Of a DNA stretch of 64,000 nucleotides, positions 50,828 to 64,000 are shown piece after piece (position 1 is the stretch's first letter; every line of letters begins with the position of its first letter). Origin of the DNA: Octopus sinensis (taxonomy: Eukaryota). The notes under the pieces were generated by a model that was not told the origin of the DNA, searched no databases, and was given only the letters and a program-made list of their open reading frames with translations. Where the stretch lies: the NCBI RefSeq assembly GCF_006345805.1, contig NC_042999.1, positions 86,614,001 through 86,678,000 on the forward strand, written 5' to 3'. Both the position numbers and the translations under genes were made by a program.

Positions 50828-52982
50828 AAATACTCACGGGCGCATTTGCATCAAATGGGAAGTGGCAAAATAGCATAGAGAGGGCAAGTATAGTAGTGCG
50901 ATAAGGAGCTCCTTTCCCCTATGTCTCACTGAACTTCTTAGCTCTTCGCATAATAAATGAAAAATTAAAAGAAGACTAAACAGCTATTTCTGGCAAAGTC
51001 AGTGGAAAATACTGAGGGGAGATGTACAGATTAGGCCGAGTCCGTGAATGACTTTATGTAAATCAGTATGAAGTATAAAAAGGAGTCTCCCCTATAACGG
51101 AAAAAAAACGGATGGTTAAATCCAAGTATGTCTGATTGATAATTAAGGTCCTGCAATCTTGTTTTGAGGTCTTTTTAAAATTAATATGCTAATACTGTTT
51201 TGCAATACAGCCCATATTAACTTCAAGGAATACAGCCTACATTACTCTGAACGATTCCTTCATACCAACTTTTAAATGCACCCTCTTTGGTAAAGAATGG
51301 TAAAAGGAGAATCTACTGCTGTTGGCACCGTCACTATTCTCACCTACTGATACTTAAATAATAATGGTAACATTAACATTCCTTTACTGTAAATGAATAT
51401 TCAATATTTCATCAGCAAACATGCCATTACGCCTTCAGCTTAAATTATGAGAATTTCTAATTGGAAAGTAAATTCGAAATTTATCTTCTGAATAATAAGA
51501 AAATATAAATTTCAAATGAAATAGTTTTATGAGGATGTATTATCGTTTTTTTTTTTGTTTTGTTTTTTTTTTTCATGGGGAAGACATCGTGGCTCATTTA
51601 GCTTACTAGAAATAAAAGCTAAATCTCCCTCCATTCATGCTAAAATTCTATCAAGTCTAGCTTATGTGGATTTTTAGCTACTACTAGCTAGACTCACTTT
51701 GAAATTTTTAAAGGTTTTTAGATATAGTTGTATTAGTTATATCTTACACATATTATATCACCCACTTGTATTGATTGACAATATAAACAATACTGTCACT
51801 TTTCAACTCAGCTTATAGTTCTATTGCTGCACGTATGCATGAAGCCTCTTCTGTTCCGACTCAGTGATTCGACGATACCACAAATCTGAGTCATCGTTTG
51901 TTTTGTCATTTGTTCTTTTTGTTTTTATTTTTTTGTTCATAAAATATTCTTTCACCAATAACTGTAATTACATTCAAATCTTAGCTTCTCACGAGAATTG
52001 TACACATCATCCACACGCAATTTCAACAACTCATGCTAGGCCAGAGTTCTTATCAACAGAAAATTCCAAATCATCCCGGCATTCCGTAGCACTAAAACAC
52101 TGAAATTACATACAACTATAAAGTGTAAATATATATACATGATACATATACATATACATTTACACACACGCATACATACACACTCGCACGCACGCATTTT
52201 TACTTAGGATATTTGGACAATTTAAGTTATAAAAATTCCTGCATTTGGTTATACTGTGTACATAGCTGAACTCACTGAGAGAAAAATTACAGTCGGTTTC
52301 TAGTCTTTCATGAGTCTCACTTTCCTTTTGTAGAGGTACCATCCTGCATACTTGAAAGCTATCACATTCTAGATCGCATCTAAGAAAATACGTCCACTTC
52401 ACAGGCCAACTCACGTTGAAAAACATTGACAATTTGTGTCGTTCATCAGCCTCTTCTGTTGCAACCATAGTGAATTCGTTTGTTATATGCCTTCCCACTG
52501 TTGTGCTTATTTCTCTAATTCGTGTTACATGATTCCAAGATTTACCTAAATCACATTATCGTTGCTCATATATTTTTTAAAATTATTAATCTGCAACATA
52601 AGAAAAAATTTAAATATCAACAGGTCCATAGTATTATCATTCTCCCACCAATAAAGTGCTGTTTCTTTTAAACTGGTCACAAGTACAGTTGGCTTGTTAT
52701 ATATCACAAAACTATTACTGATAACTAGCAACAGTTTCTACCTTGAGTTGCAGAATAAAAACGTCTTTTATGAGATAATCAACAGCATTGGTATAAAATA
52801 TAATCAATACCCCATCACACATTTAACTATTTCCTATACTTCTATTTTCTACACCATCACTTCTACTTTCTAGTCCTCTTTTCCTCTTCATTTTATTTCA
52901 TTTCTCTTCCGAAAGTGTCAACTTTTATGTTTATCTCAAGCTTTGATTCGTGTATATCAATATTAAATGAACACACTATTAA

Positions 52983-54119
52983 GGTGTCCGGTCAATTCGT
53001 CGGCAGTAATTTGTCGTCGTTTATTACTTCCTAGTCAATTCGTCGTGGGTCAATTCGTCGTGGGTCAATTCATCGTGGGTCAATTCGTCCCCAAGTCAAT
53101 TTGTCGTCAGTCAATTCGTCGTCAATCAATTTGTCGAGATCATGGGAAAAATGGAAGAACGAATATCTTAATTAAAAAACTTTTATTTTAAAGCTTGCTG
53201 TATTACATATTTATTTTTTCTTAAAATTTAAAATAGTGTGCAATTGCTTTTAGAAAAATGATTTTTTTTTTTTTTTTTTGGCTAGGATCATATTTTTCTG
53301 TGACATTTTTTATATGCAGGTTCATATCTCTGTATTTTTTTCTTTTAACTTGGTTCTTCTCCTTGCATAAACTTCTGCAATTTGGTACTGGCAAACCTCT
53401 CCTCACATTTAACCACAACAATAAGTCTGCAAATATTTGGATGACTAATATTCACTGTGTTTTTCTGCGTGCTGAAGTGGTCCTATATAATTATTTTCAA
53501 AATAGGTGGTCCTATATAATTATTTTCAAAATAGGATACAAATGACTGGAATATCATGCATCATCTACAAGTTGTTCATATCAATCTAAAATATCATCAA
53601 CCTGCAGGAAGGCAAGGGCAACAAAACACTGCATTTTTAGACTAAAACTGTCATCTTAGTAACATCTGCATTTTAATCTTTCTTGCACAGCATGCTTACC
53701 AAATTCGACCCAGGAAATGATTCCAGAAATCCGTTATGAGCTGCTTTTATGAAATCCGTAATTATATTATCAAGTCCCTCATTCTACAGTAATTCATTTA
53801 TTTTGGCAAAATGTCTACTATATGTTTCTTGACTTTTATCAGAGAGCAATGCGGACAATTGTGGGCCATTAAAATTATTAATTTGAATGTGAAGTAAATA
53901 TAACTGAAAAAACATAGTAGAGCAGCACGATTTTCGCACCTCCAAATTATATTCAATTCATCTGCATTCGGCTTATTTTTTGTGTATATATGATTTTTTT
54001 GATCATTCACTTTGATTTTTCCTTTCTCTTAAGTTATGATCTTGCTGGTTGTCATATTGATGGGTAGGCGTATTGAATAAACTTAATTCGATTTGCTTGA
54101 AAATCTTTGTTTGTAAACT

Positions 54120-54177
<58 letters not shown>

Positions 54178-54403
54178 AGAGAGAGGGAGGTTAAAGAAAG
54201 GAAAAAATATCTAAAACTGTCCAACGATAATTTTAATTCTAAAGTGATTGTTCTAAACTTTTCGTCGAAAATCATATTTAAGAATATTTCGGGTCGAAAT
54301 AGCCAGCGACGAATTGACCTGGGGATGAATTGATCAACGACGAATTGACTAGGGACAAATTAACCGACAATAAAATCACCCGGGAGGAATTGTCCTAGCA
54401 CCC
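52983..54403 (-). mobile_element. Mutator-like (MULE) element with deleted FLYWCH+MULE transposase
   Basis: Imperfect TIRs GGTGTCCGGTCAATTC / GGGTGCTAGGACAATTC and subterminal GTCAATTCGTCG repeats at both ends. Minus-strand IIWRCENR, ALLSDKSQETYSRHF, IITDFIKAAHNGFLESFPG, CFVALAFLQVDDI, SYFENNYIGP and KRKKYRD...FLKAIAH. Confidence 0.85.
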
Positions 54404-54908
54404 TAATTAACGCGTATTCTTATCAATCACGCAAATAATTCCTTCCCCATGTTTTTTTTACAGAAAGGGTAACAACTTTACACCACTAAACAAAAATTTT
54501 ATCTAAAACTAGTAAATATCATATCATATTGGCGGTAGGAATAAAACAGTATTAGAAAGGAAATAAAACGGAAGCCTATTCAAATACGTAAATGATATAT
54601 TTATTATCTTTTAGCTGGAATTATTTTATTTAAAATTATGAAGAAAGGATATATATTCCGGCAGTATCCTTGAAGTTTTCTTTTTCTTAATTATTAATAA
54701 AAAGATAAACAATATCCATATACTTTTCATATTCTTCCAGACTAGCGAGACGGACAAAGTTGCTCTTAAGTTTAACATCTGTAAATCGATGCTATGAATA
54801 AAAAATGTCGACAGAGAGATAATTCCTGAGATGAGGATTATAGAAGAGAGGCAAGTGTATCGGGTGAGTCGATAAATCGTATGATGTGTAGCTAACTATT
54901 TTACGAGT

Positions 54909-55296
54909 GTGGAGGCGCAATGGCCCAGTGGTTAGGGCAGCGGACTCGCGGTCATAGGATCGCGGTTTCGATTCCCAGACCGGGCGTTGTGAGTGTTTAT
55001 TGAGCGAAAACACCTAAAAGCTCCACGAGGCTCCGGCAGGGATGGTGGTGATCCCTGCTGTACTCTTTCACCACAACTTTCTCTCACTCTTACTTCCTGT
55101 TTCTGTTGTACCTGTATTTCAAAGGGCCGGCCTTGTCACTCTCTGTGTCACGCTGAATATCCCCGAGAACTACGTTAAGGGTACACGTGTCTGTGGAGTG
55201 CTCAGCCACTTACACGTTAATTTCACGAGCAGGCTGTTCCGTTGATTCGGATCAACCGGAACCCTCGTCGTCGTAACCGACGGAGTGCTTCCATCC
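54909..55296 (+). mobile_element. Full-length tRNA-derived SINE type C with 11-bp TSD
   Basis: TSD ATTTTACGAGT at 54898-54908 and 55297-55307. Head GGAGGCGCAATGGCCCAGTGGTTAGG...GGTTTCGATTCC. CpG-rich, so probably young. Confidence 0.92.
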
Positions 55297-57703
55297 ATTT
55301 TACGAGTACAGAGACCATTGTAAAAGCTTTTGAACAGAGAGCATATAGTAGTGCAAGTTCTGGAATCCAGAAGTTGTAGTATGTTGAGGATTATATTTTG
55401 GCAATCAAACGAATATCCTGTTCGATATTATCCAGGATGTGCTTGTGTAGCAGATAGAGCACAATCCTAAGTATTAGTAAAATTTCAATGTGTGTTTTTA
55501 TAGAGAGATGACAATTGATCAGAGACAAAGTATTTTCTGGCTCTTAAAATGGAGTCTAATTTGGGGGATTCAGACAATGTGTAACGTCACCAAAAGAGAA
55601 ATGAATAGTTTTATATGTGTATACAGCTTTTGCAACGATTATGGAGACTTTAGGAACGTGTTGTTCATTTATAGGAAATATATTGCAAGATTGTAACTGT
55701 GATATGTATAGCGATTGTATCGTTTTTTTTTTTTTTTTTGGTCTGTTGAAGTAGTTTAATTTTTCCTGTTTCGGTGTTTTCGATATTATCCTATTTTTTG
55801 GCATGATGTATAATTTACATTGCATGGGAATAGCGTCTGTCTTTAGAAGATTAAGAACAAATAAATCATAGAGTCACCTGGATAGAAATAACTGGAGGAA
55901 GTGGTTGAACGGAAGAGTGTAGCAAATATAACCGAACCTTGAAGAACATCAGAGTTGATATAATATTGGCCTGAAGGCGCTGGCAATACACACAGCAACG
56001 GAGTTATCTTATAAAGAACATTTAATTAAAAAAAGATGGGACAAAGGAAAACACCATCTGGTCTATTTAAATGAGACTGAGAATTTAATATTTTGCATAT
56101 TCTTTAGGATAGTCTTTGGCAGAAATCTGAGGCATGCAAACAAAATAATGATTTAACGAGGTAGTGTCTTTGCAATCACTCATCCTGCAAAAAATAACAG
56201 CCATAAACATTCCCGTCTTAAAAGAAATTATGCATTAGATAGTTTAGTCATTCATAACGCCTAAAACGACGGTATAGTCAGGATTCGAGCCGTTCTATTG
56301 ATGTTATAAAATAAATACTAATCCAGTACTGGAGTTGGCTCAATTGAGTATAACCTGCCGACAAAATTTGTGGCTTTATACTTTAACATTTTGTATAACT
56401 CTAAAAGTAGGATGGATTTGATGGTGACAGTACAAGGTGAGACACAGTGTTTTTCTGTGATAAGTTAGAAACTATAAAATGCTGAGCAGTTTAAACGTTG
56501 ACTGATCAGTCAATTGTTTGCTCAATTAAAGACAGGGTTCTTTAATTCAATTGTGTTCTTCCCGACAAAAAAAGATAAAAGAAACCTGTTGTAATTTGAC
56601 TGTGTATTTTTTGGAAATCTAGTTGTATCTTTGTGCAAACAGCATATGCACAAGTTCTAAACTGACCATTTTTGTTGTGTTCTTAATACCAGTTGACTAC
56701 TGAAAATTAAAATTTGAAAAAAATAAATAATAAATAAATAAATAAACCATCGTTCTGATAAATATTCTATCGGTTTCTTCAAAACTTTTAAAACTTTGTA
56801 TAACAATAATTAAATGAAATTATTTGGTTCTATGTCTACTAAATCTATTGATGTCGATAGGAGATAGAATTTAATAATATTTCATACAAAAGAAAATGAA
56901 TTGCAAAAATACACCACGGAGAAGAGAGAAAAGGCAAAAGGAGAAAAAAGTCAAAAGAAACTCAGCATGTCAGTATGGTTTGAAAAATTAATAAAATATT
57001 TCTACAGGAGGTTGCGTGAGTGTTATCTAACATATACCATATGACTAAGTTTAAAACTACATTTCATTAATAGATTTATACAACATAGAATACCATTGCA
57101 TGATTAAACCATAATACTGTTCTCATCAGTGTCTCGATCTCAATATGTGGTCTTGCTATTTTCTGTAGATAAAAGACGGGGACTTGTGTGACGGCTGACC
57201 ATAGCACATCAGGAAGACTTGATGAAATGCAATGAGAAATGCAGAAAATAAACATCTGTAATGAAACAACAGCTGCAATAATAAATGGTAAAAATAATAA
57301 ACATAGTTCATGAGAAGTGTGGATTTGTGTGAATGCACTTGATATTAGACCAGGAGATTACTGTTTATCTATGGATTCATTCAGTGATCAACACAGAAAT
57401 ATATAAATAGAGATTCTTATTAATAGAAACCACAGTAATATTAACAAAATATACAACATTCATGTACTAATTTAGCTACATACGCACGCACGCACATACA
57501 CACACACAAACACACATGTAAGTATGCATTGTTTGTGCATATTTGTCTCCAATTGTGTAAACGTCTGTATTAATGAGTGACAGAGACAAAATGTGCATAT
57601 GCTTATGCCACACACACACACCATGTACATACACATAGGCATACATACATGTATATAAAGGCACGTATATCTGTTCATATATGTATGTTTGAATGTATGT
57701 GTG

Positions 57704-57757
<54 letters not shown>

Positions 57758-57760
<3 letters not shown>

Positions 57761-58140
57761 CCCTTAATGTTGGTTTCTTTGTCCTGGTTTTATTCTTTAT
57801 GTGTACTGTATTTTTTTGTATTTGTATTTTTATTTGTAATTGTATTTTATTTGTATTGCTTTTACGTCCTGTTCTTCTCACATTTTTTTCTTTCCTTGTT
57901 TTTACCCCTCTGCAAAGGAATTTTATTTAATTCCTCTGCAGGAAGGACTGGATCGACGGGTCGTGTTCTGTCCTTCGGAACACGCATTGAGTCGATCCAG
58001 GGACAGCTGAGGAAGGGGAATATTCCTTGTATTGTTTGTCGTGTACTCTGTTTTTTCGTTGTTAAAAAAAGTCCGTTTCCTAGTTGTTTTTGTTTTCGTT
58101 TCTCGTTGTGTTCTACGTTTATTTGAGGTGTCCTGTACTC
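57758..58140 (+). other. T-rich ~380-bp unit between (TA)n tracts containing two hairpins (possible Penelope-like pLTR)
   Basis: Stems at 57911-57940 and 57948-58000, followed by CTGAGGAAGGGGAATATTCCTT. Confidence 0.4.
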
Positions 58141-58161
58141 ATATATATATATATAATATAT

Positions 58162-58235
<74 letters not shown>

Positions 58236-58366
58236 GCATGTATATATATACATGTAGATGTAAGTACGTACATATATGTATGTATGTATGCATATATTTT
58301 ATTTATTACATTATTGTATGACTGAGCGCCATCGCATCGTTTCGTTTCTTTTCTCTTCTCCAAGTA

Positions 58367-58444
<78 letters not shown>

Positions 58445-58599
58445 AGATGAGTGGACAAACGAAATAAAAAGGCCCTCAACATATTTCGTTGGAGTTATTG
58501 CTTAAAACAGTTTGATTCAGTTCCTTATGGGTTTCTGTAAGGAGCCAAAGCACTTCATGTTGCATGAGGCCGAATCAAACTGTTTTAAACAACAACAAC

Positions 58600-58624
<25 letters not shown>

Positions 58625-58637
<13 letters not shown>

Positions 58638-58860
58638 TAATAGACAAAATCCTGGGCTTCGTTAAAAATGGAACAATTAAAAAAACCAAACAGAGAACCT
58701 AATTGTAGCAGCCTTTGGTCAAGCGATAAAAAACAACTTGAGAAAAATATATATGAATAGAATGTCAGAAATATGTAAAGCCTATGGAACTTGGAACGAA
58801 ACAGTGGCACAGACAGTGACAGAATACCCCAAGTTGGCACATGAAGAATATAAGAAATTC
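58625..58860 (+). mobile_element. Decayed R4/Dong LINE fragment (pre-CCHC region) directly after (AAT)n
   Basis: SWASLKMEQLKK..ENLIVAAFGQAIK...NETVAQTVTEYPKLAHEEYKK (compare ET..HIVSECPKLAQ.EYK). Confidence 0.6.
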
Positions 58861-59380
58861 AGGGACCTTTTGAGCGGGATGGGCTACTCAATCTGAAGAG
58901 AATTCTAAGTGGGGCCCACCAGAAAGATCATGCACTGTTTATCTTGATATGAGATCACCTTGTCACGCACATATGGTTGTGATGCATGTGCCTGGTACGC
59001 CCTTATCAGACAGGTAGTCATGATGGGTACACTGGGCTTCGTATATTTTACACCAGTGTTACATTGATGACATGCGGAAAAGATATAAAAGATGGACTAC
59101 AGCAAATATTCTGCTCAATACCACAGATTTACTTGTCAGTTGTTTGACCATACCAGTTGAGTACGTCCCTTAGTGGTTGCACGGTCAGAAGTAGTGGGGG
59201 AGAGCATCATAGTCATGTGTTGAGAGGAATTCTTCGGGGTTTGGATAATACACCTCTGGAAACATAGGTGTTTTGTTCAACATCCTTAAACAACCCTTAT
59301 TCAGGGACCTTTTGAGCGGGATAAACTACTCAACCTGAAGAAAATTCTAACTGAGCTCCACCTGCAAGGGTCATGCGCTG
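58861..59380. repeat. Unclassified interspersed repeat with a ~60-bp direct duplication
   Basis: CAGGGACCTTTTGAGCGGGAT...CTGAAGA.AATTCTAA at 58860 and 59302. Confidence 0.55.
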
Positions 59381-59389
59381 CTAAACAGA

Positions 59390-60453
59390 TTCGTCAATAC
59401 TGTCTGTAAGACTCTTCAGCAAAGATATAGGCATGGAATTTGGCATAGATAAGTGAGCAATATTAGTCATGAGAAGGGGAGAGGTAATCAACAGCGAAGG
59501 CATCCAATTACCAGATTGCCAAACATTAAAATCATTGGCAGGAGGAAAGAGTTATAAGTATTTAGGAGTATTAGAATCTGACAGAGCACTAACTAGAGAA
59601 ATGGAAACGAAAATTGAGAAAGAATACACCAGAAGGGTGAGGAAGCTAATGAATGGTCTGAATCCAGTTAAGGCTCTAAATACTTCGGCAGTATCATTAC
59701 TTAGATACTTAGCAGCTTTTGTAGATTGGACAAAAACTGAATTAGCAAAGCTAGACAGAAGGAATTCAATATGAATGGAGAACTCCACCCAAGGACAGGA
59801 ATAGGAAGATTATTCCTATCTAGAAAGGAAAGTGGAAGGGGGTTACTATCAGTGGAAGACTGCGTGGAGTTAGCTAGAGTAGATACGGACTCCTATGTCG
59901 GTAATAGTGAAGAAAGTTTATTAAAAGCTGCTAGAGTCACAGCAAGACATAGGGAAACCAAAGCACCAAAACGAAGTTAAAAAACAGAAAAAGAACAGAA
60001 ATTATCTGACTGACAGGAGAAGGTGTTGCATGGTAGATAGTTTCAGCAAATAGTAGTAGTGAGACATTGTTATGGCTGCAAAAAGGAAAGCTGCAAAGGG
60101 AGACAAAAAGTTTGTTAGTGGCTGCATAAGATTAAGCATTAAGGACTAATCGGATAAAAGCCAAAATAGACAAAAACCAAATAGATTCCCAATGTATATT
60201 ATGCAAATCAAAAGAGGAAAGCATTACTCATATAGTTACTCATATAGTGCTGGTACAGAAAGAATACAAGAAAAGACATGACAATTTAGGCAGAACAATC
60301 CACTGGGAGCTTTGTAGAAAACTAGGATTTGAACATACTGATAAATGGTATGAACGTGAAGCTGGTAAAGTACTAGAAAGTAAGAAGTACAAGATGTTGC
60401 GGGACTTGAACATTCAGACTGAGAGAATAATAGAAGCTAGAAGGCCTGATTTG

Positions 60454-60520
<67 letters not shown>

Positions 60521-60885
60521 ATAAAGACAGTAGAACGTGTCAGATAATTACTTCACAGTCCCAAATGATGAAAAAATTAATATGAGAAATATAGAAAAAT
60601 AACAAAGTACCAGGACCTAGCTATTGAATTACAGAGACAATGGAAAGTGCAGGTAAAATGTATCCCAGTAGCTATAGGTGCATTGGGAACTATCCCTGAA
60701 AATCTAAGCAGGTGGATAGAGGAAATGTGCACAAAACTCAATTTAGTACAGCTGCAGAAAACTGTTATTAGGGACAGCTAGGATACATAGGAGGATTCTT
60801 GGCATCTAGGACAACCTGTAGCCCGATGTTAGGATTCCTTTCTTTTCCAACAGTCTAATCTGCTGAGTGTATATGAATAATAACA
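59390..60885 (+). mobile_element. R4/Dong-clade LINE 3' half, subfamily 2
   Basis: DIGMEFGIDK, YKYLGVLE, GRGLLSVEDCV, CILCKSKEESITH, YKKRHDN..IHWELC, RRPDLVV..DK (RLE), KYQDLAIEL, PVAIGALG. Ends with AATAATAA near 60876. Confidence 0.9.
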
Positions 60886-60948
60886 TGTGCACATACACAT
60901 ACATACATAATATAATATAATATAACGAAACATATATATATATATATA

Positions 60949-61331
60949 CTAGCAGTATCGCCCGGCGTTGCTCAGGTTTGTAAGGGAAATAACTATAAAG
61001 CATTTTTAGAGAGTTATAGCCAAAAAATAGCAAAAAAATGGAAAAAAATGATGGTAAATTTTTTTTTGAGAGTAAAAAAAGGTTGAGTTGCGTCCCCTAG
61101 ACAGTCTGTGGTTTGTTTTTTTTTATTCTCGACCCCATGTCGAATTTATCGATTTTTTTCAGAACTGGGGGAACTTTTCAAAATTTTCGCTGCGTTAGTT
61201 TTGAATTATGACATTGGGCTATGTGTGTGTCAAGTTTCATCAGAATCGGTTGAAAGCCGTGGTCAGAGTGAGGGTACAAGCAAACAGACACACAGAAACA
61301 CGCACAGACAAACTGCCGTTTATATATAGAG

Positions 61332-61332
<1 letters not shown>
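60949..61332 (-). mobile_element. Second copy of the 383-bp Helitron-like element
   Basis: Reverse-complement match to 49313-49695, with TC/CTAG termini at an AT junction. Confidence 0.8.
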
Positions 61333-61407
<75 letters not shown>

Positions 61408-61529
61408 GAGGGCATTATACATACATGCCAGAGGGCATTATACATACATGCCACACGCTAAGAGGGACAATTAGTCATTTCTACCAAAAATATTACTATT
61501 TTTCCTTATTAAGTAGTTGTCCTTAATTG

Positions 61530-61579
<50 letters not shown>

Positions 61580-61670
61580 CATATATAACGTGTGTATATA
61601 TATATATACACACACACAGACTCACACACATATGCATACATGCATGCTGTATGTACGTGTGTGTGTGTAT

Positions 61671-61704
<34 letters not shown>

Positions 61705-61705
61705 T

Positions 61706-61737
<32 letters not shown>

Positions 61738-62149
61738 ATATACATATATATATACACATACACATTCATATCCACACGATAATGATAGCTCCATCGTCGG
61801 TTTTGATGCTGAACATTCAGTTATCCGATCATATGTACTACATACTCTTTATATTAACGTGTAAATTGTTGAGTATCCTGAAGACGTGTTTCTTTAGTAC
61901 AGCTCTAGTGCTGAATCAATATTACTACAGTATAGGTGACCAAGCTGGACCAACGAATTATAGATACAATCCATCCAACGGGCTTCTACACAGTTTCCAT
62001 CTACCTGATTTCAACCCAAAGGCTTCGGCCGACATGAAGCTATGGTAAGAGTTACTTTTCCAGGATGTCATCGAGACCGTCACAGCATAATTTTTCAAGG
62101 TAATTTAGCTGTTGCCTTTTCTTGGTATCAAGTCACTTACTGTGACCTC

Positions 62150-62880
62150 AAATATCTAGAAACTATCTTATGATTCTCCTTGTTCCTAATAAACAAGCTT
62201 TTTCTAATCAATCCCAATCTCCTTAACCATACTTCCAGTTTGCTGGTCACTGTACCCTGGGATATGACAATGATAGGAATGACTTGAACCTTCTTTTTGT
62301 ACTTTTTTCTTTCAATCTTAGTCTGTAAGTCTTAGTATCAATCTGTGTTATCTGATTCATTTTCAGTCACTTTGGTATCGAGGAGACATGCAATATCTTT
62401 CAATAAGCAAGCTCTCTTATTTAGGACGATTATTTCGGACCTAGAATTTTCGACTGCGTTGTCAAGTCTGTATCTTCATGCCCCACAGTATCCTCATTTT
62501 GTTATTTCTTAAGCTCCTTTTCCGCTTTGTGTTCGTACCATTTTTCTGCATAGTCAAAGAAGAATTTTTTGACAAAGTTTCGAATGGAGGATATCTGTAG
62601 TTCTGTCATGTCACCATTTTTGTTGTTTTTTTTGTGCAAATTTCGGGTACTCATTATGTGCGGCAGTCTTATCTTATATGTTGCTGTGTCTACAGTTACC
62701 ATCAATGTTCTCTTTCGCAATCATTTCTCTTATATGTCTTGACCTGAATACTTGAATTGTAGTGCTATGATCAACTTTTCGGTTTGCCTATTTAAGCTAC
62801 CTCTCTTCAGCCAATCCAATGTTTTGCTTTTTGAACTCCTGCAAGGCAAACAAAACAGAAATGTCATTGGAGTGAAGGAG
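62150..62880 (-). mobile_element. Decayed R4/Dong LINE 3' fragment
   Basis: LDWLKRGSLNRQTEKLIIALQ, YAEKWYEHKAEKEL, VIPIIVISQGTV and KACLLGTRRII. Confidence 0.7.
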
Positions 62881-63414
62881 TGGGTTACACTTGACGAATT
62901 TATTAGCATCTCAGATAATTTCAATTGCAAAGAGTGCAAACTACTGCAAGCAGTTGTCAAAAGTGGCAAAAATAAACTAGCGGATGAGATGAGGTACCGA
63001 TAAAATTACATTATGACCACCAAAACCCAAAAGCCTAGTAGCATCAAGCCGAACGACATCACAAAAGTTTGAAGGAGTTCGTACATCAAACAGACAAAAT
63101 ATTCTTAAGAGGTGAGAGCAGGGTGTTTTGCACTAGTACAGTCAACGGTACCACAAAGGAGACTTTTAATGAGAACTATGTCAATAGTGTATCGCTCCAA
63201 GAGGAAGCGTTTCCTCCGTGATGTGGAACATTTAAAAAATAAGCCAAGAAAGTTTGGGAGGGCTCTTACAAGAGCTCAAAAAATGATTACCATTAAGTCA
63301 GATTAAACTATTCTCACCCTTTTGTTTTTGCATTTTCTAATATGTTTGCGCAAAGAATAAGCAATATAAATCCACATAACCTGGTTTTGGTGCGAATAAA
63401 AGATATTTGCTTCA

Positions 63415-64000
63415 TGATCTCAAGTAATTTGTTCTCGCAAATGTAGTCATTTGAGAGACCAAGACATCCGAGACTACTGCGCTTGTACTACGGTCGACCC
63501 GGTTCAAGTGTTGTGACAGTGCTATTTCTGGTACTTCTGGATGGTCACTTGTAATCACATAGATGGTACGTCGGGGGTTTTAGATGTGAGCAACAATAGA
63601 GGGCAGGGTCTGGATTTCTTTAAGCATCAAGTGACATTCCTAGAAATATCTGTCATTAGTATTAGTGGGCGATTTAAAAGGCTTCGTTGACTCACACAAG
63701 GGCTGTGTGTTGGAAACTGATACAAAGAGCAAAGGCTTCGCAAACCTTCTGAGGATGTCAAATTTTGTAACAGATTGCTCTCGACGGTTGCGCGCCAACT
63801 TTTGGACTGGGCAGCATTGATGACTATTCAGACATACCGACCAGAAGCGCATAGCTTCTTTTAGGCCAGATGTTCAAGTTGGCTCGGCGATGCTAAAAAC
63901 AACAGGAACGAAAATCTGGTGAAAAGATATAACGTTTCTGTGAGGGGGGGGGCAGAGAAGAGTTGCCTTCCATGGATCGATGTCAGCGGTGACCGAAGGG
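63415..64000 (+). mobile_element. Decayed Tx1/L1-type APE endonuclease fragment running off the window
   Basis: VVI*ETK, DFFKHQVTFL and LVLVGDL.GFVDSHK resemble APE motifs ETK, R..FF..L and GDFN...D. Confidence 0.45.

Noticed and set aside
52991-53140. Short regularly spaced repeats superficially like a CRISPR array or iterons
   Set aside because: Units are 12-15 bp with 2-4-nt spacers, mirrored at 54305-54395 around a MULE transposase in eukaryotic DNA, so they are transposon subterminal repeats.
54909-54985. tRNA-like sequence
   Set aside because: It continues into a SINE body bounded by an 11-bp TSD, so it is a SINE head and not a functional tRNA.

Overview
AT-rich animal genomic DNA dense in microsatellites and transposon relics, with one 100-N scaffold gap (5187-5286). 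The tRNA-derived SINE set and the microsatellite load resemble a coleoid cephalopod, probably Octopus (inference from recalled repeat sequences, no search run). No intact host gene, rRNA, functional tRNA or CRISPR array is supported, and most listed ORFs are microsatellite artefacts. Recognisable elements: Tx1/L1-clade LINE fragments (ORF1 zinc knuckle, APE, RT, zf-RVT), several R4/Dong-type LINE fragments with a C-terminal restriction-like endonuclease, an RTE relic, a hAT (Charlie/Buster-like) transposase, a Tc1-like element with a neighbouring DD36E fragment, a MULE element, mini-Helitrons and four SINE types. Best leads: (1) a ~210-bp repeat with fixed boundaries carrying a minimal hammerhead-ribozyme-like core (retrozyme or Penelope pLTR-like); (2) LINEs apparently targeted to (TCTA)n and (CATA)n microsatellites; (3) a ~300-bp near-perfect palindrome; (4) DD36E spacing in the Tc1 fragment; (5) a speculative chain of minus-strand exons. 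Boundaries of decayed elements are approximate.
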